Positions 11,952 to 23,643 of a stretch of DNA of 64,000 bases are shown in pieces. Under the pieces are notes generated by a model that searched no databases, was not told the DNA's origin, and saw nothing but the letters and a program-made list of their open reading frames with translations. Position 1 is the first letter of the stretch. Every line of letters starts with the position of its first letter. The DNA is from Haliotis cracherodii. Its lineage: Eukaryota. The position numbers and the translations under genes were made by a program. Location: the NCBI RefSeq assembly GCF_022045235.1, contig NW_027266297.1, positions 19,344,001 through 19,408,000 on the forward strand, read 5' to 3'.

Positions 11952-14023
11952 GCTGGTTTGCAGTCCTCGGGTCAGAGCTGACACTGAAAGCTATCCCCCA
12001 CTACCGCCAAGTGGGCCAGTTGGCGATGTCCGACTGTCACACGTTTCTTATCGGTGGTACCCGTAACGTGCAGTCTGTACAGAAAGTGGGCGATACCGTG
12101 ACAGCCTCCAGGCACCTCTGTCCGGGAGATGTTTTGAAAATGGGAGTCCTTGACGGAGCTGAGAAGTATTTACACTGTGTGGATGACAATGACAGGGAAG
12201 TTCTACTTTCCGTGAACACCGAAGGAACCTTTTACGTCTGCACGAATAAAACTAGACCCAACAACACGCCAGTCATGCAGATAAAGGACATCCTATTAAA
12301 ACAAAAATTCCCCTGTGTTGTGAAACTTGTGTATGGTAGAGAACCTTCTGGGGAAGGAGTGTTCACCAAAATCATGGTTTTGGAGAATGTGCAGGAGGAC
12401 ACCTCAATCCTTTCCTCAACTCTGCTAAAACCAAGCAATACCTTGCATGAGCTTTCTGTTGATATCCCTAACAAATTTCGTGTTGCTGTTCAGAGCAAGG
12501 AGCTGTGCCAGAACCCTGGATACATCAGCGCTTTAAATCTGTTCCAGGACAAAGGTGATATGTTTATGAGAGGGATCAAGATGTTCCGGCAGGCAGAGAG
12601 TCCTATAGAAGAAAAAATAACAGCGATTGGAATCTCCTTCGTATCTCCGGCTGTGAATTCTGTTCCTATTCCAAATAATACCAAACCGTCAACTATGACA
12701 GACCGAACCCCTTCTCGGCAAGCTGTTGAAATTATGTCAGGTCCTACTACACCAGTGAAACAGGCAGAGCTGAAACAAGGAAATGCACTGACAGTCAGTG
12801 ATGGCAAACGAGTTCAAGAATCCACTGATGGCAAGTCACAGGAAAAATTACAATCAGCTTCAATGTCAAAAGTCTCTCCTCAACCACAACTTAAAATTAA
12901 TGCCAATTCCAGAAGGTCCTCAATTGACAATCGTCCAAGAATGCCAGAGCCGACAACACCACAAGAATCTAAAGTAGGTGTGGCAAACGCCATTAATGGA
13001 TCTCGCAAAGGGTCAGTTGATAGTGATCGTCCTAAAATGACTGAGGCAAATGTTGGATCTCGTCCACAACAAAATGGTGTCAAAAGGAACGACACACCAA
13101 CCAGTCTTCCTTCAGAAGTTCCCAAAATGTCTAGTGTAGATGTGAAGATAGAACCACCAGTGCCTACAGTTGATTCACACAAAGCCGAAACTAAGAAACC
13201 CAGACCCCCTCGCCCAAACGCATATGAAGAGGTGTGGACAGCAACATCCGGGAAAGATGACGACAGCTCTTCCACCAGCAGCATGAGCGACACACACGTC
13301 TTTCTGGATCAAGGCATCGGTGGACAGGTTGTCACTGGTGGAGTGCCAGCAACCATTCAAACAAATGATTTGAAACCTGAAGAAATCCACGTTGCAGAAT
13401 CTAAGGTTGACAAGAAACAAGCAAGAAAATTAGCCTCACACTACTCTACCATAAACATTGTTGGAGGAGACCCTGAAATTGTTGAGAACAGACAACCAAC
13501 CACTCCTATAGAAGACCCTAAGGTGCTCAAAAGGAAAAAGGTATCTTTTTCAGACATTTTAGATGTACATTCATTTACCAAGCCCCATGTTACAACAATA
13601 AACGTCAAAGAAAAGAAGAGCACAACTATTGATGAACTGCATGACTTCAGTGATGGATTCGACTCAATGTACATCCCTGACTTTGATCCCCCGGATGATA
13701 CATTTGACTCTGGGAGCAGCCTCTCCTCAGGTTCTGCTTCAGGTTCCAGTTCAGATGGAGCTGGTGGAGTTCTGGAATCCTTCATGGCTGACTCTAGTTC
13801 CAGTGAAGATGACAGCGGATACATGAAGCCAGTGTTAGACAGAAAGGGACGGGTTAAGCTGGAGAAAGACATTCATAAGGCGCAAGCAGGCCCACCCAGT
13901 ACTCACGAGGGCATCGCCAAGAGGATTTCTTTACCGAGTATGAAAATTGTTGGGTCTGGTGATGATCCTGAAGGGGAAGGTAAAAGTAGATTTTCGGCTG
14001 GTGAGTCAGATATACTGTGGTGA
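11952..14023 (+). CDS. g1 coding exon 2: rest of the CABIT domain plus a long Ser/Pro/acidic disordered tail
   Basis: Acceptor TTTTTATTCTACAG|GC TGG TTT completes G-W-F; PHYRQVGQLA..LCPGDVL..YLHCVD..EVLL..GTFY..QIKDIL..FPCVVKLVYG; 2-kb open frame to TGA. Confidence 0.93.
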
Positions 14024-14699
14024 CTGTCAGATCTGTGATGCACTGTGATTGCCATGATGATGTTTTCATATTCAGTGGAACCCCTTTAAAAGACATACTA
14101 TGATCTCTTGCCACCTTTTTTTCGAGACAAGAGATGTACAGTGACGCTTGTACCTTGATAAACTTCGAGATATGGAACAGTTCGGTATAACGAGATTTGA
14201 CTAATTGACTCATTTCTTATATTTTTTTATATTGTAAAATCATATACAATATATCTTTATTTACACTTAACAAAACCATCTATACCTAATTATACTAAAA
14301 CATTGTTTTGTTAACAATACTACCAGTGATAAGTTTTTGGTTGACAGCAAGAAAATAACGTTCCAACAGAGCACCGTGCAATATTATGTCATGTGTAGAA
14401 ATAATATAGAGGACACTAATGTTTCAAATTACATGTCCGTTGTCGAAAGTGTCAACAAATACTACACATGTCTCAGCATGATGATTATTGACGAATTTAT
14501 TAAGTAAATAAAGCTCCGTATGGCGTGTTTTACAAATCGTTTAGAGGATTCACGATTGAGGATTCATTGTTTCTGAGGGTAGTCTTGTGGCTAATCGGTT
14601 TGCTCATCACGATGAAATCTGGATTTGAATCAAACAGTGTACGAAGCTGATGTTAGTGACAGGAGTCATTTGTTGAAAGGTCGCGTCGGGTTCAAGATT

Positions 14700-15022
14700 A
14701 TGACACTTGTATAGCCACGTGCATATTCGTATATGTGTGCTTGTCCGTGTGTATGTTTGTACTGGTCCGGACTAATGCCGATTATATATATATACTTCTA
14801 GCCTACTTAGATACCACGCCACAGTTTATAATGCATATGTCTATTCCACACAGTATACTGACTCCGAGCCGACCAGTCCTTGTTTTATCCCCTTAATGCC
14901 GAGCGCCAGGCAGGGTAACAACTAGTACCATCTTTTAATGTCTGGTATGACGCGGCAGGGGATCGAACCACCGACCTCGCGCTCCTGACAGAAGCTCTAT
15001 CCTCTAGACCACGGAGGCGGTC
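14700..15022 (-). mobile_element. SINE family D
   Basis: Minus-strand head GACCGCCTCCGTGGTCTAGAGGATAGAGC..GGTTCGATCCCC (A and B boxes); body matches 40021-40326. Confidence 0.8.
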
Positions 15023-16184
15023 TATTCTGTTATGAACGTATTAAGGACATTACGAACAAACAATAATTCGTCAATCCTGATATTTGTTAATCTGGGGATT
15101 TCCGCGGGAACGGTACCATCCTGATTGAGTGGGCCCACTGTTGATATATTTTCGATGGTAAACTTATTGGTTTTGGGTAGATCAAATAAACAGGGCGTAT
15201 GATTCGACAGATTATTTATCCGTTGGCAACTATGTGACGAGCTGGAGCACAATGTCAGCACAACCGCCCAGTCAACATTACACAAGTATGACTAATGTAT
15301 CGGTATAGTGCCTGTATGTCGCAACTCGGGTCATCAAGGTGTTCGGTTCACTGATGAGGTTAAAGAGGTAGCGACTCTGAAGAGTACTCTTATGCCAGGC
15401 TTTTGTTGTAGTGTAGAACTATAGACGCTTTGATAACACTGATAGTCGTCTACCGAAGCTTGTGATAATTAACGTTATTGTTCGGACAGGACAGATCCCA
15501 TTGCTACAGGTACTTGTTCAGTGGATAACACAGTAATGACACTTGGACTGAGTGTTGACATTGTGTTCTGGCATCAATCTCTTGACTGACTGGTCCAGAC
15601 TCGATTGTCTACAGGCCGCCGTCACATGGAACAGTTGTTAAGGCGTTTAACAACAAACAAATTAATGTGTGGAACTGTCAACACAGAAATAACGCGTTCA
15701 CCGGGAACAGGTAATAAGTACACATTGCAGCGTTGACGCTTCATTTGTCTGCAGTTGAACACGAGTTATGCCCCTTTTACTGTCTTCCGGGGTCCGCCTA
15801 CCAAACAATGCATCTGTCCGTCTCATCCCTCGCGAGTACAGGCTGAGTCTTGGGCCTACTACAACATGCTGAGCCCCCCGTAGTCCGAGATTAAAAACCC
15901 AGACCCAATATTTGTATTCTCGGGGTATTCCGGCTTAGTCTCGTACCCCAGTATCCAATACCCCATCACCATTTCCAACACCTCCCGCCACCTCCTTCCC
16001 ACCACCACCACCAGTATCGGATAACTGTCACCTGTGTGTGTTCAGACAAAAAACCTGTGCGTGACCCGTTTCTTCTTGGGCATTTCAAGACATACTAGGC
16101 CCCCAGTATGTCATACAGGTTTCTCCTGCGAGTCCACAGCACTTAATACAAGATATACTGGGTCCCCCAAACCCTATACCAATC

Positions 16185-16450
16185 GCCCCGTGGGTATTCC
16201 GGGACAGACAATATACAGTACCCATACCTACCACCCCGTGGGTATTCCGGGACAGACAGGCCCCGATACCCATACCTACCACCCCGTGGGTATCCCGTGA
16301 CAGACAATATACAGTACCCATACCTACCACCCCGTGGGTATTCCGGGACAGACAGGCTACAGTACCCATACCTACCACCCCGTGGGTATTCCGTGACAGA
16401 CCCCGGTACCCATACCCACCACACCGTGGGTAGTCCGTGACAGACAGCCC
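16185..16450. repeat. 48-bp tandem repeat, about 5.5 copies, possibly internal to a Helitron-like element
   Basis: Unit CCCGTGGGTATTCCGGGACAGACAATATACAGTACCCATACCTACCAC; followed by hairpin CCCGG-GTATT-CCGGG and CTAGT at about 16480-16508. Confidence 0.85.
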
Positions 16451-17795
16451 CCCCGCCAGTAGCCTATTTCTTGTATCCACCCGGGTATTCCGGGACCCAG
16501 CCCCTAGTCCTCAATATTTTGTCACTGAATCACATTTTCTGACAGTCGTGAGGATATGATATGTCTGAGTGCTACGTCTAAGTCTGTGTGTACCAACTCC
16601 CGAAATAACAAAATGTCCCTTGGGCCACATGTCTGAATACTCATCTGAAGAATATAGAATATGGCTTCTACTATTCGGAGCCAGTACGGCCGGCAAGTGT
16701 GCAAACTAAAACTAACAACAGCGGTAGCGTCTATATTCACTCACAGCAGGAAAGCAAACAGGTTTTCACGAGCTCTAACACTAGTTCAACGATGTGAGGC
16801 AATATGGATATAACGCCCCTTTCAAAGGAACGAGGATCGCGCATTGTGTAACTGGAGCTGACACATACCTACATGTAGGTCACATCATCTGTAGAGCACT
16901 ATTCACAGGGCATTGTGCACGAGTCACGATGTCTTTATGTACGTTAATAGTATGGGGAAACCCATCTGCCGAGTCTGTAGAAAAAAACTCTTTACATTTC
17001 ATGTATTCGTTTTAACCCAGTTGAATTGAAATGGAGGTCGGCTTGCTCAAAAGTGGGGAGCGGGGCTGTTGTGTTGCGATAGTACGTGGATGATTATAGA
17101 TTTGGCATAATCATCATCATGATCATTATTATTTTCATTATTAACCAAACAAGCCAGTGGTTAATAGCAAGAACAAAGATCAAACCATAGGGGAACGATA
17201 AAGATCACACTACACAAACACATGCTCCCAATTTGTAAGGGGTCTTGCGAAATACCAATGGACGTTTTCAGCACCAGAAAGCAAACGGAGGTCTTACTGG
17301 GTAAAGATTAACATAAACAGTGTTGTATTTTAAGGTCAATGCCGAATACATACATGTCTAGGTTCAAGGATGTGAAGCCCTGGTGTCCCCCGCTGTGATA
17401 TTGCTGGAATATTGGAAAGCGGCGTAAAACCACACTCAGTCAGTCAGTCAGTCAGTCGAGGTTCAAGGCAGTAAAATCCCTTTAACCCAATGTACACAAT
17501 TAATAGAAAACATGTCGAGTTTCAGATGTGCAAATTATATTATACACAAGTTTGGGTAGTGTAGTTTTGCAACAGTGAAATGTTTCAGAATCATGACAAG
17601 AAGTTACAAAAGCATTAGAGGTGAATGTTTATGCATCGCTGTCAAATAGTGATGGTACCCCACCGTTTGCACATGTCACAAACACATGCAAAAGCAAGTC
17701 AATTGTTCTCTTCAACAAACACGGGAACACATCATTTTAGACACTGATGCGCCAAATTTGGAAATATCCTCCATTTGTCTACCATAAAACGTTTT

Positions 17796-17957
17796 GGGGG
17801 GCTGTCGGGTAGCCTAGTGGTTAAAGCGTTCATTCGTCACTCCGAAGACCCGGGTTCGATTCCCGACATGGGTACAATGTGTGAAGCCCATTTCTGGCGT
17901 CGCCCGCCGTGATATTGCTGGAATATTGCTAAAAGCGGCGTAAAACCATACTCACTC
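17796..17957 (+). mobile_element. SINE family A, full length
   Basis: A box GTAGCCTAGTGGTTAAAGC, B box GGGTTCGATTCCC, (ACTC)n tail; target-site duplication (TSD) CAT[A/G]AAACGTTTTG. Confidence 0.92.
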
Positions 17958-18113
17958 ATGAAACGTTTTGAAAGCTTTACTAATACCTTGAATGCTGTAA
18001 ACCTGATCAAGCAACTTTTGAGCAAGGGTCGTTTGACGCTCATATAAATCTTCGTAGGAACAGCATGCTTGACTGCACCTCAAAAGTCGGGGCTTCTGGA
18101 TTTCGCGATATAA

Positions 18114-18276
18114 GTGAGTGAGTGTGGTTTTACGCCACTTTTAGCAATATTCCAGCAATATCACGGCGGGGGACACCAGAAATGGGCTTCACACATTGTA
18201 CCCATGTCGGGAATCGAACCCGGGTCTTCGGCGTTGACGAGAGAACGCTTTAACCACTAGGCAACCCGACCGCCCC
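18114..18276 (-). mobile_element. SINE family A, full length, tail-to-tail with the previous copy
   Basis: Reverse complement of family A; TSD TTC[G/T]CGATATAA. Confidence 0.92.
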
Positions 18277-18339
18277 TTCTCGATATAAAGGGAAAGCTGA
18301 AGTCGCGCCATTTGTCGTACACGTACAGGCCCGTTGATA

Positions 18340-18349
18340 GTGTGTTTGT

Positions 18350-18408
<59 letters not shown>
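18340..18408. repeat. (TG)n microsatellite
   Basis: Direct reading. Confidence 0.95.
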
Positions 18409-18410
<2 letters not shown>

Positions 18411-19489
18411 GAGGAAAGCAATGAGCCCGAGGTTCATAATCGGCCAATGTATGATTCGAGTCCACCATCAGCGGATCCTGGTGACCTTCATAACACATGC
18501 ATAAATTCATATAATAAGTCTTTTTATTCACAACTGATGTTAACACAACCCTTGTCCCTATTTTCCCTTTTGAGCCCATTTATAAATAAAAAAACCCTTT
18601 TATAGCCAGTAGAAATCTCTGCATTAACCCCATATGGCCCATGCAGGTCAACGTGATCTTCAAGTTCCCAAAATATATGTATTGACTCATAAAATCGTGT
18701 ATATGCAAGATATGTTAACATGTTTATAATATAGATACGGATGGGGAGGTACAAGCAGCCAACAGGGAGGCGGTGGAGTTATGTTCTCAGACGATTGGCT
18801 GCAGATTATATTTCTTGGCTTGTAAAGCAGACAAGGAAGTTATATCCGACGGTTGACAAAACATTGAGGTTTATAGGAGTCGCTAACATTTTTTGAAGCT
18901 GTCGTTAATACAAAACAGGTTGTGGGCCGCACTATGTTGTATTGAAAGCGCCGTGCCATCGATATAGACTATGTTCCCGATGCTATTGTGGAGCGTACAC
19001 TCCTGTATATGTTGAACGTCTTCTCAGTCTGTGTGGACATGACGAGGTCTTAGCACAGAATTCGTGATCTAGAGTCCTGCTGGATAACAGGCTATTGTGC
19101 AACCGTGTACTCTCTACATGCCCGCCTGAAAGGAATTGGAAGAGTGGCTGGGAAACCGATCTAAAGATTGTCTTTACCACATTGCATTTCATACCCGAAC
19201 GACTGATGAAACTTACTGCCCATTTAGACAAGAAGTTGAATGAAACGGGTTTCATCATGTGGCTCCTATGAAGCAAGAACATGCTAAATAGACTGCCTAT
19301 TACAACCTTGGACCCTTTTAAAAGGATGTCACTTCTCAAGGACAAACGGCGTAGACATTGTCGGAATCATAGGACATAGAAACTGCCCATAAATTACCAA
19401 CGCGTGGAAAGACCTGAGCTATCACTTGACTGTTGCACAGTGTGCAATCTGAATGTCAACAGTCAGAGAATACTGAAATCAGAAGCAGA

Positions 19490-19754
19490 ATGGCAAAGCA
19501 ACCAGAGAAGTTGACGTGGCATCCAGGGAGCTATTCCATGAGCTACATCTTAAGGAATCTGAATCCTCCCCAGATCGTCCTGTGTGACCACAGTCGCTGT
19601 AAGCCGGGTGACTCTGGGTGCGGGGTCCCGTGCCTCCTGTATAAGGGCACGGATGCACCTGTGGCCCATGGGGTGAGGCTCGCCAAGGGGGGCAAAGGAG
19701 GAAAGTTCATGGTGGAGTCCGGAGATCAGATCCAAGTACCAGCGTCTTATGAAG
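19490..19754 (+). CDS. g2 coding exon 1: CABIT-domain protein; spliced product about 566 aa
   Basis: ATG GCA AAG (MAKQPEKLTWHPGSYSMSYILRNLNPPQIVLC..IQVPASYE) G|GTTTGT donor, phase 1; same intron position as the paralogs. Confidence 0.85.
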
Positions 19755-19781
19755 GTTTGTGTTGTTATTCAAGATCTAACT

Positions 19782-19950
19782 GGGGCGGTCGGGTAGACTA
19801 GTGGTTAAAGCGTTCGCTCATCACGCCAAAGACCCGGGTTCGATTCCCGACATGGGTACAATGTGTGAAGCCCATTTCTGGTGTCCCCCGCCGTGATATT
19901 GCTGGAATATTGCTAAAAGCGGCGTAAAACGTACTCACTCACCCACTCAC
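19782..19950 (+). mobile_element. SINE family A, full length, 27 nt into the g2 intron
   Basis: Intact A and B boxes and tail; perfect TSD TCAAGATCTAACT. Confidence 0.93.
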
Positions 19951-20064
19951 TCAAGATCTAACTTCAAAGTTGTAAAACAGATTTACCAACTTGTTTTTAA
20001 TGTTAGCAAATAACAATGTAACGCTTTCACTGAATGATTGTACAACTGTGACTTTGTTATAAGT

Positions 20065-20310
20065 GAGGGTGTGAGTGAATTGGTTTTAACGCCTGTTTAG
20101 ACAATATTCCAGTTATAATACGGCGTGTCAGATTAATGAGGGAGGAAAGCCCCAAGTGATGCATGTCTCAGACGTTTACGAATTTAGTGAAACCAATGAG
20201 CACTGGTATACGTATGGTGCTGACAAACCAAGAAACATAACCGTGGTGGACCGGGATTCGAACCCACAAGCATAGGTTTCTGGTGTGCCCAAGTTGACGC
20301 AACTCTGCCC
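20065..20310 (-). mobile_element. SINE family B, diverged
   Basis: Reverse complement of the family B body and tail. Confidence 0.75.
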
Positions 20311-20453
20311 CCTTAAACAATAGGAACGGAATAGTCTAGTATAAACAAAGAAAAAAGTGCAGGGTCACTTCTCTTTGCCCCCTCTTTGTTATGAAAACCG
20401 TTACTTGTTTGTACTTCGTTTACGTATTTTCTTGATTAGACCTTAATGTTATA

Positions 20454-20722
20454 CCCAGTCGTCTAAGGCGCAGCGATTCGCTGTGCAGAGTTGCGTCCCT
20501 TGGGCACGCCAGAAACCTATGATTGTGTGTTCGAATCACGGTTCGCCCCGCTTATGTTTCTAGGTTTGTCAGCACCATACCCGTGCTCGTGGGTTTCACC
20601 GAAGTGGTAAACGTCTGAGACCTGCATCACTTCGGGCTTTCCTCCCACATTAAGCTGACACGCCGTGATATAACTGGAACACTGTTAAAAGCGGCGCTAA
20701 AACCAACTCACTCACTCACTCA
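20454..20722 (+). mobile_element. SINE family B with a tRNA-Leu-like head, near full length
   Basis: CCCAGTCGTCTAAGGCGCAGCGATTCGCTG..GTTCGAATC..TTTCCTCCCACATTAAGCTGACACGCCGTGATATAACTGG..(ACTC)n; TSD CTTAATGTTATA. Confidence 0.9.
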
Positions 20723-20893
20723 CTTAATGTTATAATGGAAAAGTCATGTTAAAAATACATTCACGTTTCTATTAACCAAAGTAAGTAGGACATGTCATAT
20801 TGCATCTGCAACTGTGTATTATGTACACCACACACAAAAAACTCACATTTTCTCCAATGACACCCAAGCAATCTCCTATTCCTTTTGTCTTAG

Positions 20894-22329
20894 GTTGGTT
20901 TTGTGTGTTTGATGCGAAGACAAGAATGGATAACAACGTCCCCTTGTACCGCAGTGCATCAGCTCTGGCTAAAACTCGCTGTGACACCTTTCTGGTGGGT
21001 GGACGTGAAAAACTCCATGTCATGCAGAAGAAGAACGATTATCTTTCCCCGAAACAAGTTTTTCCGTGTGACGTATTGAAAATGGAACGCGTATGTAAGT
21101 ATGGCAAGAAGACCTATTTGGAATGTCTTGATCGAAAAGGGCGAGACATTCTTATTCCTTTTGAATGCGAATGCTTTTTCTACATCATCACCAGCAAGAT
21201 AAAGAAGACCAAAGTGTCCGTTTTTCAAATAAAAGACGTATTGAAAAAGATACCATGCATTGTCAAAATCATTGCTGGTCAAGGTTTGGCTAAGAAGGAT
21301 TCATCCCACGGATGGATGAAACTGACTCATGTAAGTCGAGATCCTCTGATTGTCTGCTCCACAGTCAGTATCAAGAAGAACTCATTATTAGAGATACCAA
21401 AATCATCTCTGCTGAAATTCCATATTGCCACAATGAATATTGGCTGGCGAGAGTATAACGGCTATAAGGATGCTCTTAGTTTGTGTCAGAACGAGGCAGA
21501 TAAGTTCATGAAGTCCGTCAAGATCCGCAAAGCCAAGGACAGAAGAGACCCTAAAGGCACTGTGTCTGTTCCAGAAGGCTGGAGGGCCCCTAAGAGTGCT
21601 GCTCCAAAGTCCCATCTTGACAGGTCCGTTTCAGCGGGGCCTGGATCTCCCCCGGGTCCTGATATTCGGAAGATTCAACGTGTCTATCCAAGGAGACCAC
21701 CATTAGAGGGGGCATTCCAACACCCGCCAATACCCGAAGAGCCTGTCAGTGATGATGAATGGGATTACAGCTATGACTCTGAGGAGTGGGATGACATCCC
21801 AGATATTGCTCCAGAAAGATGTATGAAATCAACCAGTGACGCAGATTATCTGCATCCGATCATCGAATCGCCAAACCCAGAAGGAAACAGTGACTACTTG
21901 ACGCCAGTTCACGAACCTGTTTCTCAATCAAAGCCACGCCATGTGTCCATCATTAAAGTGTCACAGCCTCCAAAGAAGGATGCCAGTAACAGTGCTGTTG
22001 TGAGGAACACTGAACAGAAGCCGGTGCCAGTGGAAGGTGCTAGTGGAGGTCAGACAGCAGCTGAGTCTGAAGAATCAGATGATGGACATGACTATGTCAA
22101 TCTTCAGAAATGGGGTTTAGACAGCGACAGCGACAGCGACGGTGACTTCCAGGATGTGAGAAAGCTGTCAATACACAGCAATAGTTGTGATTATGAAGTC
22201 CCAGTACAGAGAAACACACTGGTGGAAGAGTTCTACTTTGATGATGGCCACCACAGAATCTACCACCTGCCGAAAGAGTGTCCTCGTGTGTCTGTGGCAG
22301 ACTCTGGATTCGTAGATGACTTTACTTAA
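20894..22329 (+). CDS. g2 coding exon 2: CABIT remainder plus an acidic Tyr-motif tail
   Basis: Acceptor CCTTTTGTCTTAG|GT TGG TTT; VPLYRSASALA..DTFLVGG..FPCDVL..YLECLD..DILIPF..FFY..QIKDVL..IPCIVKII; stop TAA at 22329. Confidence 0.92.
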
Positions 22330-22454
22330 AGTAATAACAAGACTGTGAGATGCATCTTATGAGTATGTATCTTATGTCCCTGAGTATGATTCGTGGGATA
22401 GGACATATAACTCATGTCAGACTCTTTTCAGTGGATTCTTAAAACAGTTGTCTG

Positions 22455-22860
22455 ATTGTGTTCAGTACTTACTTTAGTATATTGTGTTCAGGAGATACAT
22501 CAGCAGATTGTGTTCAGAAGATACATCAGTAGATTGTGTTCAGTAGATACATCAGTTGATTGTGTTCAGTACATACATCAGTTGATTGTGTTCAGTACAT
22601 ACATCAGTAGATTGTGTTCAGTAGATACATCAGTAGATTGTGTTCAGAAGATACATCAGTAGATTGTGTTCAGTACATACATCAGTAGATTGTGTTCAGT
22701 ACATACATCAGTAGATTGTGTTCAGTAGATACATCAGTTGATTGTGTTCAGTACATACATCAGTAGATTGTGTTCAGTAGATACATCAGTAGATTGTGTT
22801 CAGTACATACATCAGTAGATTGTGTTCAGTACATACATCAGTAGATTGTGTTTAGTACAT
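22455..22860. repeat. 26-bp minisatellite just 3' of the g2 stop
   Basis: Unit GATTGTGTTCAGTACATACATCAGTA, about 15 copies. Confidence 0.93.
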
Positions 22861-23569
22861 ACTTGGACATGGACTGGTGCAGCTTTTTCTCAAACAAGCT
22901 GTCTACTGAACTATTTGACAGAAAACTAGAAAATGTGTAGTTGCATTCATTTTAAAATGGGTGACCGTGTTTTCAGTGTCATGACAATGCCCCTGTTTAT
23001 TGTGATTCAAGAGTCAGACGTTTACCACCATGGCGAAACCTTCGATCATGTGTACTGACATACCAAGGGCCATTTTCGGGACCATCTGGGATCCAAGGCA
23101 ACGATTATAAGATAATCACACTCCGAAGGGACGCGAATGTTGACAGTGAATTAGTGCGCTTTAGGCCACGGTATGCGTACATTGCATGGCAATGTTATAT
23201 CCCTTGCATGGATGGTCGGGCCTGCGTCCATAACATGACCTATACAGTCACTCACGATAGGTGCTACCGCTATGACAGGCTTGTTGAAAGTCATTTTGGA
23301 AGAGTTATTGCTTTATATTGTTCCTTTCAGATTCGTGACCTTGTTCCTGTTTTAATAGCAGGGATACGATCATGAAACTATCTTGGCGTTTTAATTTTGC
23401 GGAATTACGTTTGAAATTCAAAGTCATTGAATTCGATAGCGTTTAATCAGTATTATTGAAAAAGTTATGCGATTGGTAAATAACAGTCCTTTGTAGAGGT
23501 GTTTCTTAATGTTCACAAAAAATAATATTATGAGAAATATATCAGAGGAATCAGCTGGTAGAGTATCAC

Positions 23570-23598
23570 GTGTGTGTGCGTGTGTGTGTGTGTGTGTC

Positions 23599-23640
<42 letters not shown>
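23570..23640. repeat. (TG)n microsatellite
   Basis: Direct reading. Confidence 0.95.

Positions 23641-23643
<3 letters not shown>

Noticed and set aside
12037-14213. Several minus-strand ORFs over g1 exon 2 (similar ones lie over g2-g5)
   Set aside because: Antisense shadows of the real + strand coding exons; no independent evidence.
16034-16480. Repetitive ORFs on both strands
   Set aside because: Products of the 48-bp tandem repeat.
17796-17870. tRNA-like sequences with A and B boxes (also in families B and D)
   Set aside because: They are SINE heads with attached bodies, tails and target-site duplications, not tRNA genes.
18983-19345. 120-aa minus-strand ORF upstream of g2
   Set aside because: No recognisable motif or splice context.
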